Below, piece by piece: positions 1 through 12,285 of a stretch of DNA of 64,000 nucleotides. Origin of the DNA: Octopus sinensis (taxonomy: Eukaryota); NCBI RefSeq assembly GCF_006345805.1, contig NC_043003.1, positions 37,076,001-37,140,000 of the forward strand, given 5' to 3'. The position numbers and the translations under genes are program-made. The notes below the pieces were generated by a model. That model saw only the letters and a program-made list of their open reading frames with translations, was not told the DNA's origin and did no database searches. The first letter of the stretch is position 1, and each line of letters starts with the position of its first letter.

Positions 1-54
1 CAGAAAGAAGCAAGGAGGCAAAATAAAGAATGTGTAGTGGCTAGCGATCTATCA

Positions 55-143
55 TGGCGGCAGCTTCTTTCAGTTTTCGTCCTCCGGATCCACTCACAAT
101 GCTTTGGTCGGACCGAGGCTATAGTAGAAGAGACTTGCCCAAG
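55..143 (-). mobile_element. SINE family B fragment
   Basis: CTTTCAGTT..CCACTCACAATGCTTTGGTCGGACCGAGGCTATAGTAGAAGAGACTTGCCCAAG is the reverse complement of the central part of the SINEs at 40699 and 47088. Confidence 0.7.
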
Positions 144-943
144 ATTCCACAAAGTGGATTTCTAATTCTTGGTTTTTTTCTCGTTATATCTCATTTCCAC
201 TCTCCTATGCATTTCTCTTAAAGTTCACACCCTCTTACCCATTCCTCTAGGAGGCAACTTTCGGCCCCAGTAACTATTGTCATAATACAAAGATGTAATA
301 TATATTTTCTGCATTGGTTATAAAATATTTGAACAGTTCAACACCATTGCCTGGTGCTTGGTGGGTTTTAGGGGACTCGGTTCTGTTGCAAGGATTTGTT
401 TCAGGTCTTTGGCTTCAATATATTCACTTTTCTCTCGTACATCATTATTGGATACCCTAGAAGACCCAACCATATTTATAGTATGCATGCGAAACTCTCC
501 TCTGAAATATTTTGCTCAGCCATGTTGATACCTTCATAGATTCTGTCTTTATGGGAGATATTTTATATAAAGCTGAAATCTGTATAAATACTGTGTTCGT
601 GTGATAATATACGGATGAGTATACATATATACATACCTGTGTATGTGTGTGTAGGTGTGTCAGTATGAGTGTGTATGTATGTGTTGAGTGTATGTGTGTG
701 TGTGTGTGTGTGTGTTATGCATGTGATTTGTACATATCATTTAAGTATATATGAGTATGTCTAGATATGGAAGTATATGGATGAGAAGACATGCCTAAAA
801 CAAAACATACAAATCTGCACACATACATACAAACAAAAATACCCTTTTGTTGATTTTGAAATTCCAATGAAGGAGCCTTGGGTCTATGTTAGAAACCCGC
901 TCTTTATCGGCAAGAAATCTTGAAATAAAACTGCATAACGCTA

Positions 944-1092
944 TACATACATACATACATACATACATCCATCCATCCATCCATCCATCCATACATACAT
1001 ACATACATACATACATACATACATACATACATACATACATACATACATACATACATACATACATACATACATACATACATACATACATACAT
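944..1092. repeat. (TACA)n/(TCCA)n compound microsatellite
   Basis: Directly visible; explains the MYVC/HTYI ORFs. Confidence 0.95.
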
Positions 1093-2272
1093 GAGTGTGT
1101 GTGTTTGTGTACCTACGAATATATTTGAGTGCGTGGGGTAGAATTGCCATAAAAACAAGGTGCGCTTGATATTACAATAAGTTCTGTATTTAATCTTCTC
1201 TTCCATTACGGATATTACATTTCGAAAATAATATCTAAACGAATGTAAGAATGGCGAAAGTCATTGCGAAATAGAATGGTTAATCATAATAAATAATTAA
1301 TCAATATCATTCAGGTAGCTAAATTTGCGCCTATTAATAACAATGTAATCAAATGATATCTTCAGTTACTCAGATATGGTGACATATATTCATAACAGCA
1401 AACATGAATGATGTACGTCAATTATCTAAAGCTACTAAAACTGTTCAAAACTTATATTAACTCTAATGGGTAACCCTAGCAAGCAATAGAAGTCCTTGGC
1501 AAGAAGAGATTTGGAAATAGTTTACTTGCACGAGTGCAATCAGTCGAAAGTTCTGCATACTGAATCTCAGTAGGTATCGAGAGTCATCAGGAGAAAATGT
1601 GCGCCGTTTCGAGACCTTCCTTTCGGCAGTTTTATTGCAAACAGCCCCCACACCCACTCACTGATTCTAGATCTCATGTACTGGTTCGATTGACCAGTAA
1701 TAGACCTCAAATCTCTTTCAGGATGGTCACTTCTCCACCCAATGGTCCTCTTATGACAGCATTTACATTTTTGTATTTCTCGCCAACTTACGAGCCATAA
1801 TTTTTTTTTTCCATTAAGTTGAGATTAAGGGTGGCGAACTGGTGGAATCGTTATAGCTCTTTATGTTCTGGATTCAAATTACGCCTTTCATCCAAAAAGT
1901 CTCTGGCATTAAGTATTATATTGAGCTCAAAGATATTTCACTTCCAGTTGTAATATGCCAGTAAAGTTCATATTTGCTGAAAACACTTCCACACTAAAGG
2001 ACTTTTTTTTATTTATTTTTACATTTTAACCCAGGGGTTCGCAAACTGCGACCCACGGAAGCCTGCAGCAAATCAGAAAAAAAATCAATAAATTTTTGTG
2101 AAATTCAATATGCTTGTGCTTGAACCAAAGTTAACTTTTTCAGTGTCATAGAAATCTATGTCCCATTTTCCGATGATTACATACTTTCTGCGCATGCGTA
2201 TGATATTGCGCATGTGCAGTTAGTGCTGATAATAGCCTGCACAACATCACGATATCTCCACCCGTAGGAATA

Positions 2273-4494
2273 ATGCCTCCTAAAAAACGTAAAATTGAGG
2301 ATGAGTGCCGTGCATTTAATGAAAAATGTTTACACAACTATTTTTTCACCAGTTGTAAGAATAAAGCGATATATTTACTGTGCCAGGAGACGATTGCCTT
2401 GTTAAAGGAATACAATTTGAGGCGGTACTACCAAACAAAACACGGATATTTGGGATGCAACACAACCGATGAAGAACAGAAGAAAATGGCTGTGGAATAT
2501 GTTGCAAAATTGAACAAGCAACGAACTCTATTTAAGAAGCAATCATCAATTCACGATACTGAGTTGAAGGCAAGTTTTATGGTGGCATACCGAATTTCAA
2601 GACGTAACAAACCATTCTCAGATGGTGAGTTAATAAATCAATTCATGAAGGATAGCGCAAGTGTTGTATTCCCGGAAATGAAAGGTAAATTCAAAAATAT
2701 TTCATTATCGAGGAGGACTGTTGTGCGACGCATAGAAATAATCAGTGAGGAATTGACTCAACAGCTGAGGGATACAAGTTATTCGTTAGTAGAAGATGAG
2801 AGTATCGACATCCAAGATACTGCACAGTTACTAATTTGGATGAGAATTTCCGTATCTCTAGAGAATTGTTGTCACCAGAATCGATGAAAAATACAACAAC
2901 CGGTCAGGATTTGTATGAGTGTGTGGTCAATGTAATTGAAAAAAAGTGCATTATCATGGGATAGATTGACAAGCATAACAACAGATGGTGTCCGGGCATT
3001 GCATGGGGAAAATGCGGGCATGGTTAACCTCTTGGAAGGCAAGATTAGAAAAGACAATCTTAACGAAGCTTTCTTGTCTTTCCACTGCATTTTGCAACAA
3101 GAAAATATGTGTAAATCTGCACTTAACCTGAAGCATGTGATGGATCCAGTGATGAGTGTAGTAAACACCACCAGAGCAAGATCATTTAACCACAGACAAT
3201 TCAAATTTCTACTGGAGGATATGGAGGCTTAGCATGGGGACCTTCTCTACCACGACAATGTACAATGGCTCAGTCTTGGTAAAAATGCCGAAGCGAGTGT
3301 GGGACTTGCGAAAAGAAAGTCTGCTCTTTCGCGATGTGACAAGGATTGCTTGTGAATTTGTTACAAAAATGGACTGTGATGAGTGGAAATATGAACTTAT
3401 ATTTGCAGCTGATGCTTTTGAAAAGTTTCATGAGCTAAATATAAAATTGCAGAGAAAGGAACTTTTGGCTCATGAAATGTATAAGCATGTCAAATCTTTT
3501 CAAGCAAAATTATTCTTGTTTTCAAGGCAAGCAATCGAGGATAAGTTCACATACACACACTCACTGTTGGGAAAAGAGAAAGCACCTGCAAATGTGTAAT
3601 CAAAAATTAAAGACCAGTTGAGAAGTTTGACTGAAGAGTTTGAAAGAAGGTTTGAGGATTTCAGGCAGATTGAGCTTAAATTCAACTTATTCACTTCTCC
3701 TTTCTCTGCTGATGATGATGCAGCACCTGATGAATTACAGCTTGAATTGATAGACATTCAATTTGATCATTCATTGAAAGAAATGTTTCACTCCCTACAG
3801 TTAGTAGTATTTTACAAGTAACTCTCTGTTTAATGCTTTCCGCGTTTAAGAAATTTTGCTGCCAGTTCATTCTCTATTTTTATTTCTTTATTGCCCACAG
3901 GAGGCTAAACATAGAGAGGACAAACAAGGACAGACAAACGGATTAAGTCGATTAAATCGACCCCAGTGCGTAACTGGTACTTAATTTATCGACCCCGAAA
4001 GGATGAAAGGCAAAGTCGACCTCGGCGGAATTTGAACTCAGAACGTAATGGCAGACGAAATACCTATTTCTTTACTAACCACAAGGGGCTAAACACAGAA
4101 GGGACAAACAAAGACAGACAAAGGTATTAAGTCGATTATATCGACCCCAGTGCATTAATGGTATTTATTTAATCGACCCCGAAAGAATGAAAGGCAAAGT
4201 CGACCTCGGTGGAATTTGAAAACTCAGAACGTAACGGCAGACGATATATGGTTACGCATTTCGCCCGGCGTGCTAACGTTTCTGCCAGCTCGCAGCCTTA
4301 ATTTTCTATTTTTGGTTCCACTAACATCTGTGAAGAGAGTTTTTTTCTGCATGAAGATAAATAAGTCCAAGAACAGGTCCATGGTGTCGGATACAAACTC
4401 AAATGCTGTGATGAGAGTTTCTACCAGTGACCTTGTGCTAGACATCAAAAGAATTGTAAAGCAGAATTGTGACCAGAAACATTTTCCCAATTAA
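2273..4494 (+). pseudogene. hAT transposase (GTF2IRD2/SPIN-like), frameshifted and SINE-interrupted
   Basis: N-terminus MPPKKRKIEDECRAFNEK..KEYNLRRYYQTKH, then SLSRRTVVRRI, D-E-S-x-D, ITTDG, FHCILQQE and RFEDF, and C-terminal FGSTNICEESF..MKINKSK. Spread over ORFs at 2273, 2936, 3234, 3618 and 4216. Confidence 0.9.
3882..4300 (-). mobile_element. tRNA-derived SINE family A, dimeric copy inserted in the hAT
   Basis: Head GGC(G/T)GCGAGCTGGCAGAAACGTTAG with a B-box-like GAGTTCAAATTCC, and a duplicated body. Probable TSD TCTATTTTT at 3873-3881 and 4305-4313; removing the insert restores S-I-F-G-S-T in the transposase. Confidence 0.9.
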
Positions 4495-6357
4495 ATTGCT
4501 TGTGTTAGATTATGAATTTGTTTGTTTTTATTAGCGATGCTGTTTATGTATTGCATTATTTTAAAACGCATCGTCCGATTTTAAAAGATGCGGCCTTTTG
4601 ACTTTCATGGCCCACTGATGCGGTCCTCGCTCTTATAGGTTGGCCCACCACTGCTTTAACCAATAACAGTATTCTGTCTTCAATCCAAATTTCCCCTTTT
4701 CGAAGTTTCATACAAACCTCTCAACCTTCGCTTTCCCAACTAAAATTAATAGTCTCCCTTTATTCTTCGTCTCCACACTGTTCTTCTCATCCGTAAATAA
4801 GTACAACTTTGTGAGATAGTCTTTAATTGTAAATTAAAACTCGATATATGAAACGATTACAAGGATGACAAACTTCAAATCTGGTGTGTGTGTGTGTGTG
4901 TGTCTCTGTGTGTTAAGGAACGCAGAAACGGGAAAATTGCTCGGAGTAGCGACCAAATATTCTATCAAGGTGCAAGAATGAGTGAACTCCTTCCACTAGT
5001 TGTCTTTATAATCTTTCTACATACATTGAACGGGCGAATACATACATCTACGCGCATATATACATACTAAAAAACATACACATAAATGCACATATAGATG
5101 TGTTGTTTTTATGTAAAGCGATATATGAAAGCAGTTGAACAGTAAATTGAAGGATCACTCAGTATATTTTAGCAGAGTAGATAGACAGACAGAAGGACGG
5201 ACGGACAGATGGATAGACGGAGTGGGAGATAGAGAGAGTAGGAGAGAGAAAGAGAGAGTGCGTTACTCGGTAGTTGTTATAAGAATATAATGATATATAA
5301 GGTAAACTTCATTTCCATGAAGCCTCACTGGAAATCGTAAACAAATTAGATACATCACAGTTTTATTCTCTCTGCCACAACAAAGAGAATCGACTCACGT
5401 AATTTCATGTTGTGTTAACCTCTCATCAAAGATCACCTGTCCACTTTCTGCGCTCAAAAAGAATCGTGTCTCATAGCTATTTCTTGTGTACATAACCTTT
5501 AGTCTGCGTATTTTTGTATAATAATGCTGGTGATGGCAACGTTTAATTGATTATTTAAAAGTTCACTACTGCATAACATGTCTTTTAGGATAGTTTGAAA
5601 CGTAAAGTAATACCTGCTAGTATGTGATTTAGTAAATACATAATGTAGCCCATCAGCGGGTTGTAAATAAAGCAATTACTCAAGAGAATATTCTATTCAA
5701 AGAGAACCTAGCTGTGTGATTGCCAACTACATTCTAAGATATACCCTTACATTTCAAACTATCCTTGAATTTCTTTCTAATTTTCGCACAACGACAGTAA
5801 CGTTGAATGAAGACCAAGTCGATTATATCGACCCCTATGTTCAACTTGTACTTTATTTTATCGACGGCGAAATCAGTGAAAGGCGAAGTTGACCTTGGTA
5901 GCATTTGAACTCATAACGTAAAGAGCCGGAAGAAATGCTTGCTAAGTATTTTCTCCAACGTGATAAACGATTCTGCCAGGTCAAAAAAAAATAATATTCG
6001 AAAATAACAACCGTGTAGCTCTATCGTCTAATTCATTCATAACAACAAAATTATGCAAAAATTATGGTCTGTCAGAGTTCATATATATATATATATAATC
6101 ATGGTCTCTCTCAGCTTTAGATGACGCATAAGTGTTCACCAATTTCTGCCGAACGTACGTGTTTTCTTGTGCTAGTAAGTTTTGCTATTTTCTGGTTGCG
6201 CAACCAAGTATAATTTTAGTTTGAACATTTGGAGTCAGTTAAATTAAACCTGCTTGGCGGAGGAGGTTTCTTGGCAAAAAAAAATTCCACCCTTATGGGG
6301 CGAATTTTAATTTCATAGTGTATTGTCTAGGCACATATTTGTTTACATTTTTGAAAC

Positions 6358-7720
6358 ATGGCCTCCAGTCATGAAGAGGGCTACGCACCCCACCCTCGCC
6401 TCAAACTGAAATTTATGAAATAACCTTTCCTCTTCTCCCGCATTACGAAAAGGGAGTGAGAAACGAAGGATTTGCAGTCGAAAGCACATTTTCCAACGCT
6501 ACCACAACCAGAAAGACAACGGTAAATCTCGAAGAAAAAGTTATTAAACCTAACAGTTGCGGTTTCGCAGCTTTAGCTAAAGTACAAGAGCAAATAGAAA
6601 TAATAAAGATTTGAAAATGTTCAAAAATGTAATTCAGATAAACGGCACAAATGTCTCTTTAATGCCCCCTAGTGAAATCTGACAGTGCATCTTACTACGA
6701 ACTGTATTTTATATAACCCTATCACTAAAAGGCAAAAAAATTGACCATACACCAAAAGAACTTATCGAAAAGAGTTTGCAGCCTATCTGGAATAAAACTA
6801 AATACGTGACTAGAAGGAAAAGGTATGGCACCGTGGAGGCAAGGTTCGACTCGGAACACCAAGCCAAACTACACGCCACAATGCCCCTAAAAAACGGACG
6901 AACTAGTGCTCCTGCCAACATATCTCGGACGGCAAGTATCGAAAATAAAGATTGGGGAAGTACCCCTGAGATTGACGTCCTTTGGGTGGTAGCGGCCGTC
7001 ACGCTTGATAATGAGGAAAACATCGATATACTACAGATAAATAAACTACACCAACAAAACTTGTGGGGAAAGGCAAATTCAGGAAAATCAACAGGCCCTT
7101 GGAAGCATTCCAGGTATAATCCACTTGCCTGAAGGTGTAGGGATGGAAACCGATGTGCTATTTCTACAGGCAGAGGGACCACCTCAGAGTCCTTTGCCAA
7201 CTGCGAACAAACTAGAAACGCCTCCTCCAGCAATGGAAACTCCACAACAGCACCTACAACAGAAAACACAGGATATTCGGAAGACGTAGCCAAAGAACAC
7301 TCCACAGTGCCCCTAAAAGCGAACTTGCTGGCGCTCCTGCCGACCTGCTTGCTCGATGTTGAGTACAAAATAAACATACTACAAATTTCCAAACAGTATC
7401 AACAGATCTGGTGGGGGCAGGGAATAGAGTTGCTAAGCCAAGCAAACCAACAGGACTTAGAGCAAATGCCAGGCTTGATAAACATACTATTGGCACAATA
7501 CTGCGCGTGTTGGTGGAAGGGTGTAGACCCAGGTGCTACCGATGTGGGCAAAAAGACCACCTCATAGCCTCCTGCCCTCTGGAAGCAAGAGATATAAACC
7601 ACCCCCCAACAAAGGAGACACTCCAACAGATACCAACAACACCAACCCAGAATGCACCACAAACCTCCCCACCACCCACTGAAACAGCTAAGTTCATACA
7701 ACCTACAGAAGATATATGAA
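6358..7720 (+). pseudogene. Gag-like ORF1 (RRM-like region plus zinc knuckle), broken by frameshifts and stops
   Basis: ATG at 6358 (MASSHEEG). Fragments in ORFs 6776, 7307 and 7411; VLVEGCRPRCYRCGQKDHLIASCP. Confidence 0.75.
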
Positions 7721-8357
7721 AGTCTACGGCAGCGGACACCACCATAGTCCTGAATTCAGTATTAGAAACTATTGCACCTGCCACAGAGGAAGGTTCGCAT
7801 TCTACACACTCAGACAGTATACCAACAAAACTAATCCAATGGAAGACGCACAAAACCCAAAGGATTTTATCTCACGCCGAGTTCGGACTCTACTGACAAC
7901 AGCGACGAATGGAGAGCAATACCCAAAAGAAAAACAAAAGAGTCCACCCCAACACCGTAGCGCAACACAGATGCACAACCATATTCACTCACTTACATCA
8001 TCAGCGCCACTGCCAACCCCGCACACCAAACACACAGTCACAAACCTCACAGCCATCAACACAACAAACACATATCTCATGAAATACACACAAGGCATCA
8101 CGCCGTACAGGTCCATTACCCCGCAATCACATATCCCCAAGCACGTTCGAGTTGTAAACATAAACAGTGACATTTGCGTTCAACTAAAAGACAAATAGCC
8201 CGATGTCATAAGAAATCTTCAAAGAACATTCACAAAGCACTTATACAAAAATTTAATTGAGGATACCCCACAAGCCCCCCAAGGGAGTGGGGAAAATTCT
8301 TCACTCCCCCTAGGACACAACGTAAGTAATTCCTCACTTCTTTTTAACTTTTCTCTC

Positions 8358-8486
8358 ATGCTCTTGCTCAAGCTAGGCAGCATAAGTGTAGGTGGCCTGA
8401 GATCGCATTGGAAGCAAGGATACTTGCACAACGATCTCAGGTCACTGGATTTGGATGTAATAGTCATGAGTCTAACTTGGGCGTGA
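8358..8486 (+). pseudogene. N-terminus of Tx1/L1 ORF2 apurinic-type endonuclease
   Basis: MLLLKLGSISVGGLRSHWKQGYLHNDLRSLDLDVIVMS resembles the I-x-S-L-N-V-x-G-L ... D-V-I-x-L-x-E start of APE domains. Confidence 0.7.
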
Positions 8487-8756
8487 ATTCCTAAGTTTTA
8501 CCCGAGCGGTCTGTTTGGATCGTGGCTTGTGGGTCTCCACGTCCAACACAACATGTTCCTCCTTTCGGAGTACCACCTTGTTATTCTCATTTATATTTTA
8601 AATTTTCAAACTTCACACTTGTTACCACATTTTACATGCCATCACTTTGTTATTTCATTTTGTTATCGATTATATTTATGCCCACCACCCTGTCTGTCCT
8701 GTAGTGTTCCTCTGTGTAAAACCCTTAATGGGCAATAAAGAATTGATGATTTATTC

Positions 8757-8948
8757 ATAGTGATCAAATGTTCGTGCACACATAAACGCACTCCCTCCAT
8801 CAATTCGACATTACCTGTACAGGTGCACCGTGGGCTACAATTGAGATGGCGAAATGATCGCAGAGCAACGTGAAACAGAGTACTTTGCCCAAGAAGACAG
8901 TGCAACGCCCATGAGTGTAACACCCTAACCACTGAGCCATGCACCTTC
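8757..8948 (-). mobile_element. Degenerate tRNA-derived SINE (different family)
   Basis: Minus strand begins GAAGGTGCATGGCTCAGTGGTTAGGGTG (A-box-like), followed by CTTGGGCAAAG core-like sequence. Confidence 0.65.
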
Positions 8949-9139
8949 ATACATATATATATGTGTATATATATGTCTTTTACTGTTTTTATCTTTATTT
9001 GTACTGTTTTTTCTTCATTTGTATTGCTTTTACGTCCAGTTCTTGTTTCTTTTTTTTACCCCTCCGCAAAAAACTTTTATTTAATTCATTTTGCGGGAAG
9101 GACTGTTTCGGTGTGATCGTGTTCTGCCCTTACCTTCGA

Positions 9140-9325
9140 AACACGCATTGAATCGAAACAGGGGCAGCTGAAGAAGAGCAATGTTCCTTGTGTTGTTTGT
9201 CTTGTACTCTGTTTTTTCATTGTTAAAAAAAATAGTCCGTTTCCTTGTTTGGTTTTATGTTTTCGTTTCTCTGTTTATACGATACTAGTCTACGTTTATT
9301 TGTGGTGTCCTGTACTCATATATGC
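9140..9325. repeat. Interspersed repeat also present at ~22123-22290
   Basis: CAGGGGCAGCTGAA..AATGTTCCTTGTGTTG..TCTTGTACTCTGTTTTTTC..GGTGTCCTGTAC is shared by both loci. Class not established. Confidence 0.75.
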
Positions 9326-9407
9326 ATGTATATATACATCTAGATGTAGGTATGTACATATATGTATGTATGTATGTATGCATGCATATTTTAATTTATT
9401 AAATTGT

Positions 9408-9464
<57 letters not shown>

Positions 9465-9522
9465 GATAAATCTCAGAGCGAGTTATATATATATATATAT
9501 ATTATATATATATATATTTATG

Positions 9523-9716
9523 ATTGTCCCTCTTAGCGTTTGGCATGTATATATAATGCCTCCTGGCATGTATGTATAATTATGCCCTCTATATATAAAT
9601 TAATATGTTCAATAAGAAATAATTATTTTCGAAATTTTTTCTCTTATGAGGTTTTTACGCTATCTACCTGACAATTTCTTGTTAAGTTTTCCTTATTAAG
9701 TAGTTGTCCTTAATTG
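9523..9716 (+). repeat. Repeat fragment near-identical to 57905-58085 (inverted) and 58210-58278; probable PLE pLTR part
   Basis: ATTGTCCCTCTTAGCGTTTGGCATG..GTAGTTGTCCTTAATTGC matches the hammerhead-flanking repeat at 58 kb. Confidence 0.8.
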
Positions 9717-10291
9717 CAAAATATATATATATATATATGTATGTATGTATATTATATTCAAATCAAAATATCCGCATGTATGCATTTATGCACAGTCACC
9801 GCTCTAACACACACACGCACCAAAAAAATATATATTAGAACTTTAGAAATCCGTACTTCCTCTATCAATGTATCGTATTTGTCAAGCTTTAAGTTTCATA
9901 ATGGGTGATATTTTGAACGAGAATGTAAGGTTTCTTCGGTAATACAGTTAGATATTGCTATACAATTTACATACTATTAATCACTAAATCAAAAATGTAA
10001 CTTGATTGGAATATTTTCTAAATGAGTCTGTTTTGATAAAGAATTACTGTCTATCGTGTTTATCATATTTATCCTGCTTAAAATCCAATATTTCTAACGG
10101 AGAACAGTTTTGCTGGAGATAAAAGCGTTCTTAGCTGAGAAGACATATGAAGTTATAAACAAGAAACTATTACCACAATGTTGCATTCCCATTCACAATA
10201 CGGAGGCATATAATCGTATACGTATTTTGTTTCGTTACGCATATATAAATATACGATATGTGAAAATTGATAGGAAGATATTTATTATGTA

Positions 10292-10684
10292 CTAGCATTA
10301 TAGCCCGGCGTTGCTCGGGTTTATTTCCACACTTTAGAATTGGAATCTTGAAAAGTAAAATTTTGGATTATGTAGCTTGTTATTCTCTTTAAGTGAACAT
10401 TTTTCTGGTTGAAATACACCGAAAAATGACGACACAGCAGTCAAAAAATCGTAAAAAATAGGGATTTTCATAGGAAAAAAAGCGCGTTTTTGATGTAAAT
10501 ACTTTTTGGTGCTAACATGATCCGATTTGAGTTTTATCTTCTACGGAATGAAGAGCAAGCCTTCTTCTATCATACTCTCAATTTTGGTCAACTTGAGCTG
10601 CAGGGTCTCGGTGTAGATAGTGTTAGTTGAAGACTACCAAACCTGCCACACACACACAGACAACTTCAGCTTTATATATATAGA
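10292..10684 (-). mobile_element. Complete non-autonomous Helitron
   Basis: On the minus strand: 5' TCTATATATATAAA, 3' hairpin (plus-strand CCCGGCGTTGCTCGGG) followed by CTAG. Inserted between A and T, no TSD. Confidence 0.88.
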
Positions 10685-10698
10685 TTTGTGTAGACATA

Positions 10699-10915
10699 CG
10701 AGGAGGTGCTGAAAAGTTCCTGCCTTCGGGAAAATGAAAATACAGGAGAATCAGTTAATTATGATTTTATTGAACATATTCCCCTCTCAGATTCACACAC
10801 TTATTGCAGCGGTCCTTCAGTTTTTCTAAGCCCTGTAAAAGAACGCGGAATTTTGCACCTCCAACCAGGTCTTTCGCGACACTCTTAAAGCCAACAAGTT
10901 TTTTGCAACCTCTCG
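10699..10915. mobile_element. Tc1/mariner-type MITE
   Basis: TA|CGAGGAGGTGCTGAAAAGTT on the left, with the imperfect reverse complement ..GCAACCTCTCG|TA on the right; TA TSD. Confidence 0.75.
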
Positions 10916-11899
10916 TACAGTTATTGTCCATATTCACATATCATATTTCAAAACCAGTACTCAGAGGTTTAGGCAGAGTAATTTTAAGAAAACCCTGTAG
11001 TATTTATTGTACTAAGTAAAAGTCAAGATGGCGTTGTGGTGCATGATGCGCTTTAAGTATTGCATTTGTTCTCACAAAAAGAGAAAGCAAACGTTTCATA
11101 CTCTATCTGTAAGTCGATACGATACTAGTTCTGTTTTACTGCTCATTACTGCAGTGAATTATTTTATGATCTGATATCTCTCAGTTGATAATAAATTGCA
11201 CATTTTAATATAATTTTTCTATGGGTTAACTCTGTCCAAGATACTGCACTTTTGGTGTGCACATAACTATTCATCTTTTGGCGTATGCACTTTGAAAACG
11301 ATAAAATTGTTTTCTTTGTGACGGTGTTTGAAAGAGCTCGTGTTATCTAAATCGACTCCTTCAGTTCCTTATCTTTTAAACCAATATATAGCACAATGTT
11401 GGCATTTTGTCTTATTTCCAGTGGCCTGATACATGATGCAGCTATTCATGCACTGGTTATTCAGGGTATACAACTCGGTATTTCTACATTTACATCAGCT
11501 TAACAGAAAAGTGGTTTAATATTCAGCACATTAGCTTTCCTCCCAAGAAAATAGGTGTCGATGGAAAGCTATCACTTCCGTAGTTCAAACCTTGCCTTTG
11601 TCAACCGCCACCATGTATTAAATGTATGTTTGTGATGGTACACTGTAGAGATCAACTGTAATCGGGGCGGAGGATCAATCATACACATTTTGTTGTACAC
11701 AGTTTAATCGTTCGTTAGGAACACAAACTGTTATATCAGCAAAAGAAGTCATAGGGAAAAGTAAGAATTTAGCTTGGGAGTTAATGCTTACAGATTGAAT
11801 GATTAACAATCGATCAGACGGCCTTCTGTTTTGGGTGTACCTGTGATGTAGCTGCAGTAGAAGCAGCAATATTCAGGAAAATGTACTGTACGCTAATGT

Positions 11900-12285
11900 G
11901 GAGGCGCAATGGCCCAGTGGTTAGGGCAGCGGACTCGCGGTCGTAGGATCGCGGTTTCGATTCCCAGACCGGGCGTTGTGAGTGTTTATTGAGCGAAAAC
12001 ACCTAAAGCTCCACGATGCTCCGGCAGGGGATGGTGGTGATCCCTGCTGTACTCTTTCACCACAACTTCCTCTCACTCTTACTTCCTGTTTCTGTTGTAC
12101 CTGTATTTCAAGGGGCCGGCCTTGTCACTCTCTGTGTGACGCTGATTATCCCCGAGAACTACGTTAAGGGTACACGTGTCTGTGGAGTGCTCAGCCACTT
12201 ACACGTTAATTTCACGAGCAGGCTGTTCCGTTGGTCGGATCAACTGGAACCCTCATCGTCGTAACCGACGGAGTGCTTCCACTCC
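11900..12285 (+). mobile_element. tRNA-derived SINE family C, full length
   Basis: GGAGGCGCAATGGCCCAGTGGTTAG..GGTTTCGATTCC (A/B boxes). Perfect 15-bp TSD ACTGTACGCTAATGT at 11885-11899 and 12286-12300. Near-identical copy at 31076. Confidence 0.93.

Larger units (their letters stand above)
2032..4653 (+). mobile_element. hAT DNA transposon (Charlie/SPIN-like), bounded and decayed
   Basis: Left TIR CAGGGGTTCGCAAAC at 2032. The right end reverse-complements to CAGTGGTGGGCCAAC, ending at 4653 (11/15 match). 8-bp TSD TTTTAACC (2024-2031) / CTTTAACC (4654-4661). Transposase remnants inside. Confidence 0.9.
6278..8745 (+). mobile_element. Tx1/L1-clade LINE derivative: ORF1 remnant, first ~40 codons of ORF2, then 3' UTR
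   Basis: ORF1-like peptides (YGTVEARF, LLPTYLG in an alternative frame, IDVLWVVAAV). CCHC knuckle CYRCGQKDHLIASC at 7534-7575. APE start at 8358. 3' end TGGGCAATAAAGAA at ~8730-8743. No RT sequence in between. Confidence 0.8.

Noticed and set aside
1575-1640. CTGATGA and GAAAC close together on the minus strand
   Set aside because: No consistent three-way junction in any hammerhead topology.
6709-7392. 227-aa minus-strand ORF
   Set aside because: Antisense shadow of the plus-strand ORF1 remnant; no domain features.
11900-11975. SINE heads as tRNA genes
   Set aside because: A/B boxes are present, but there is no complete cloverleaf and they continue into SINE bodies with TSDs.
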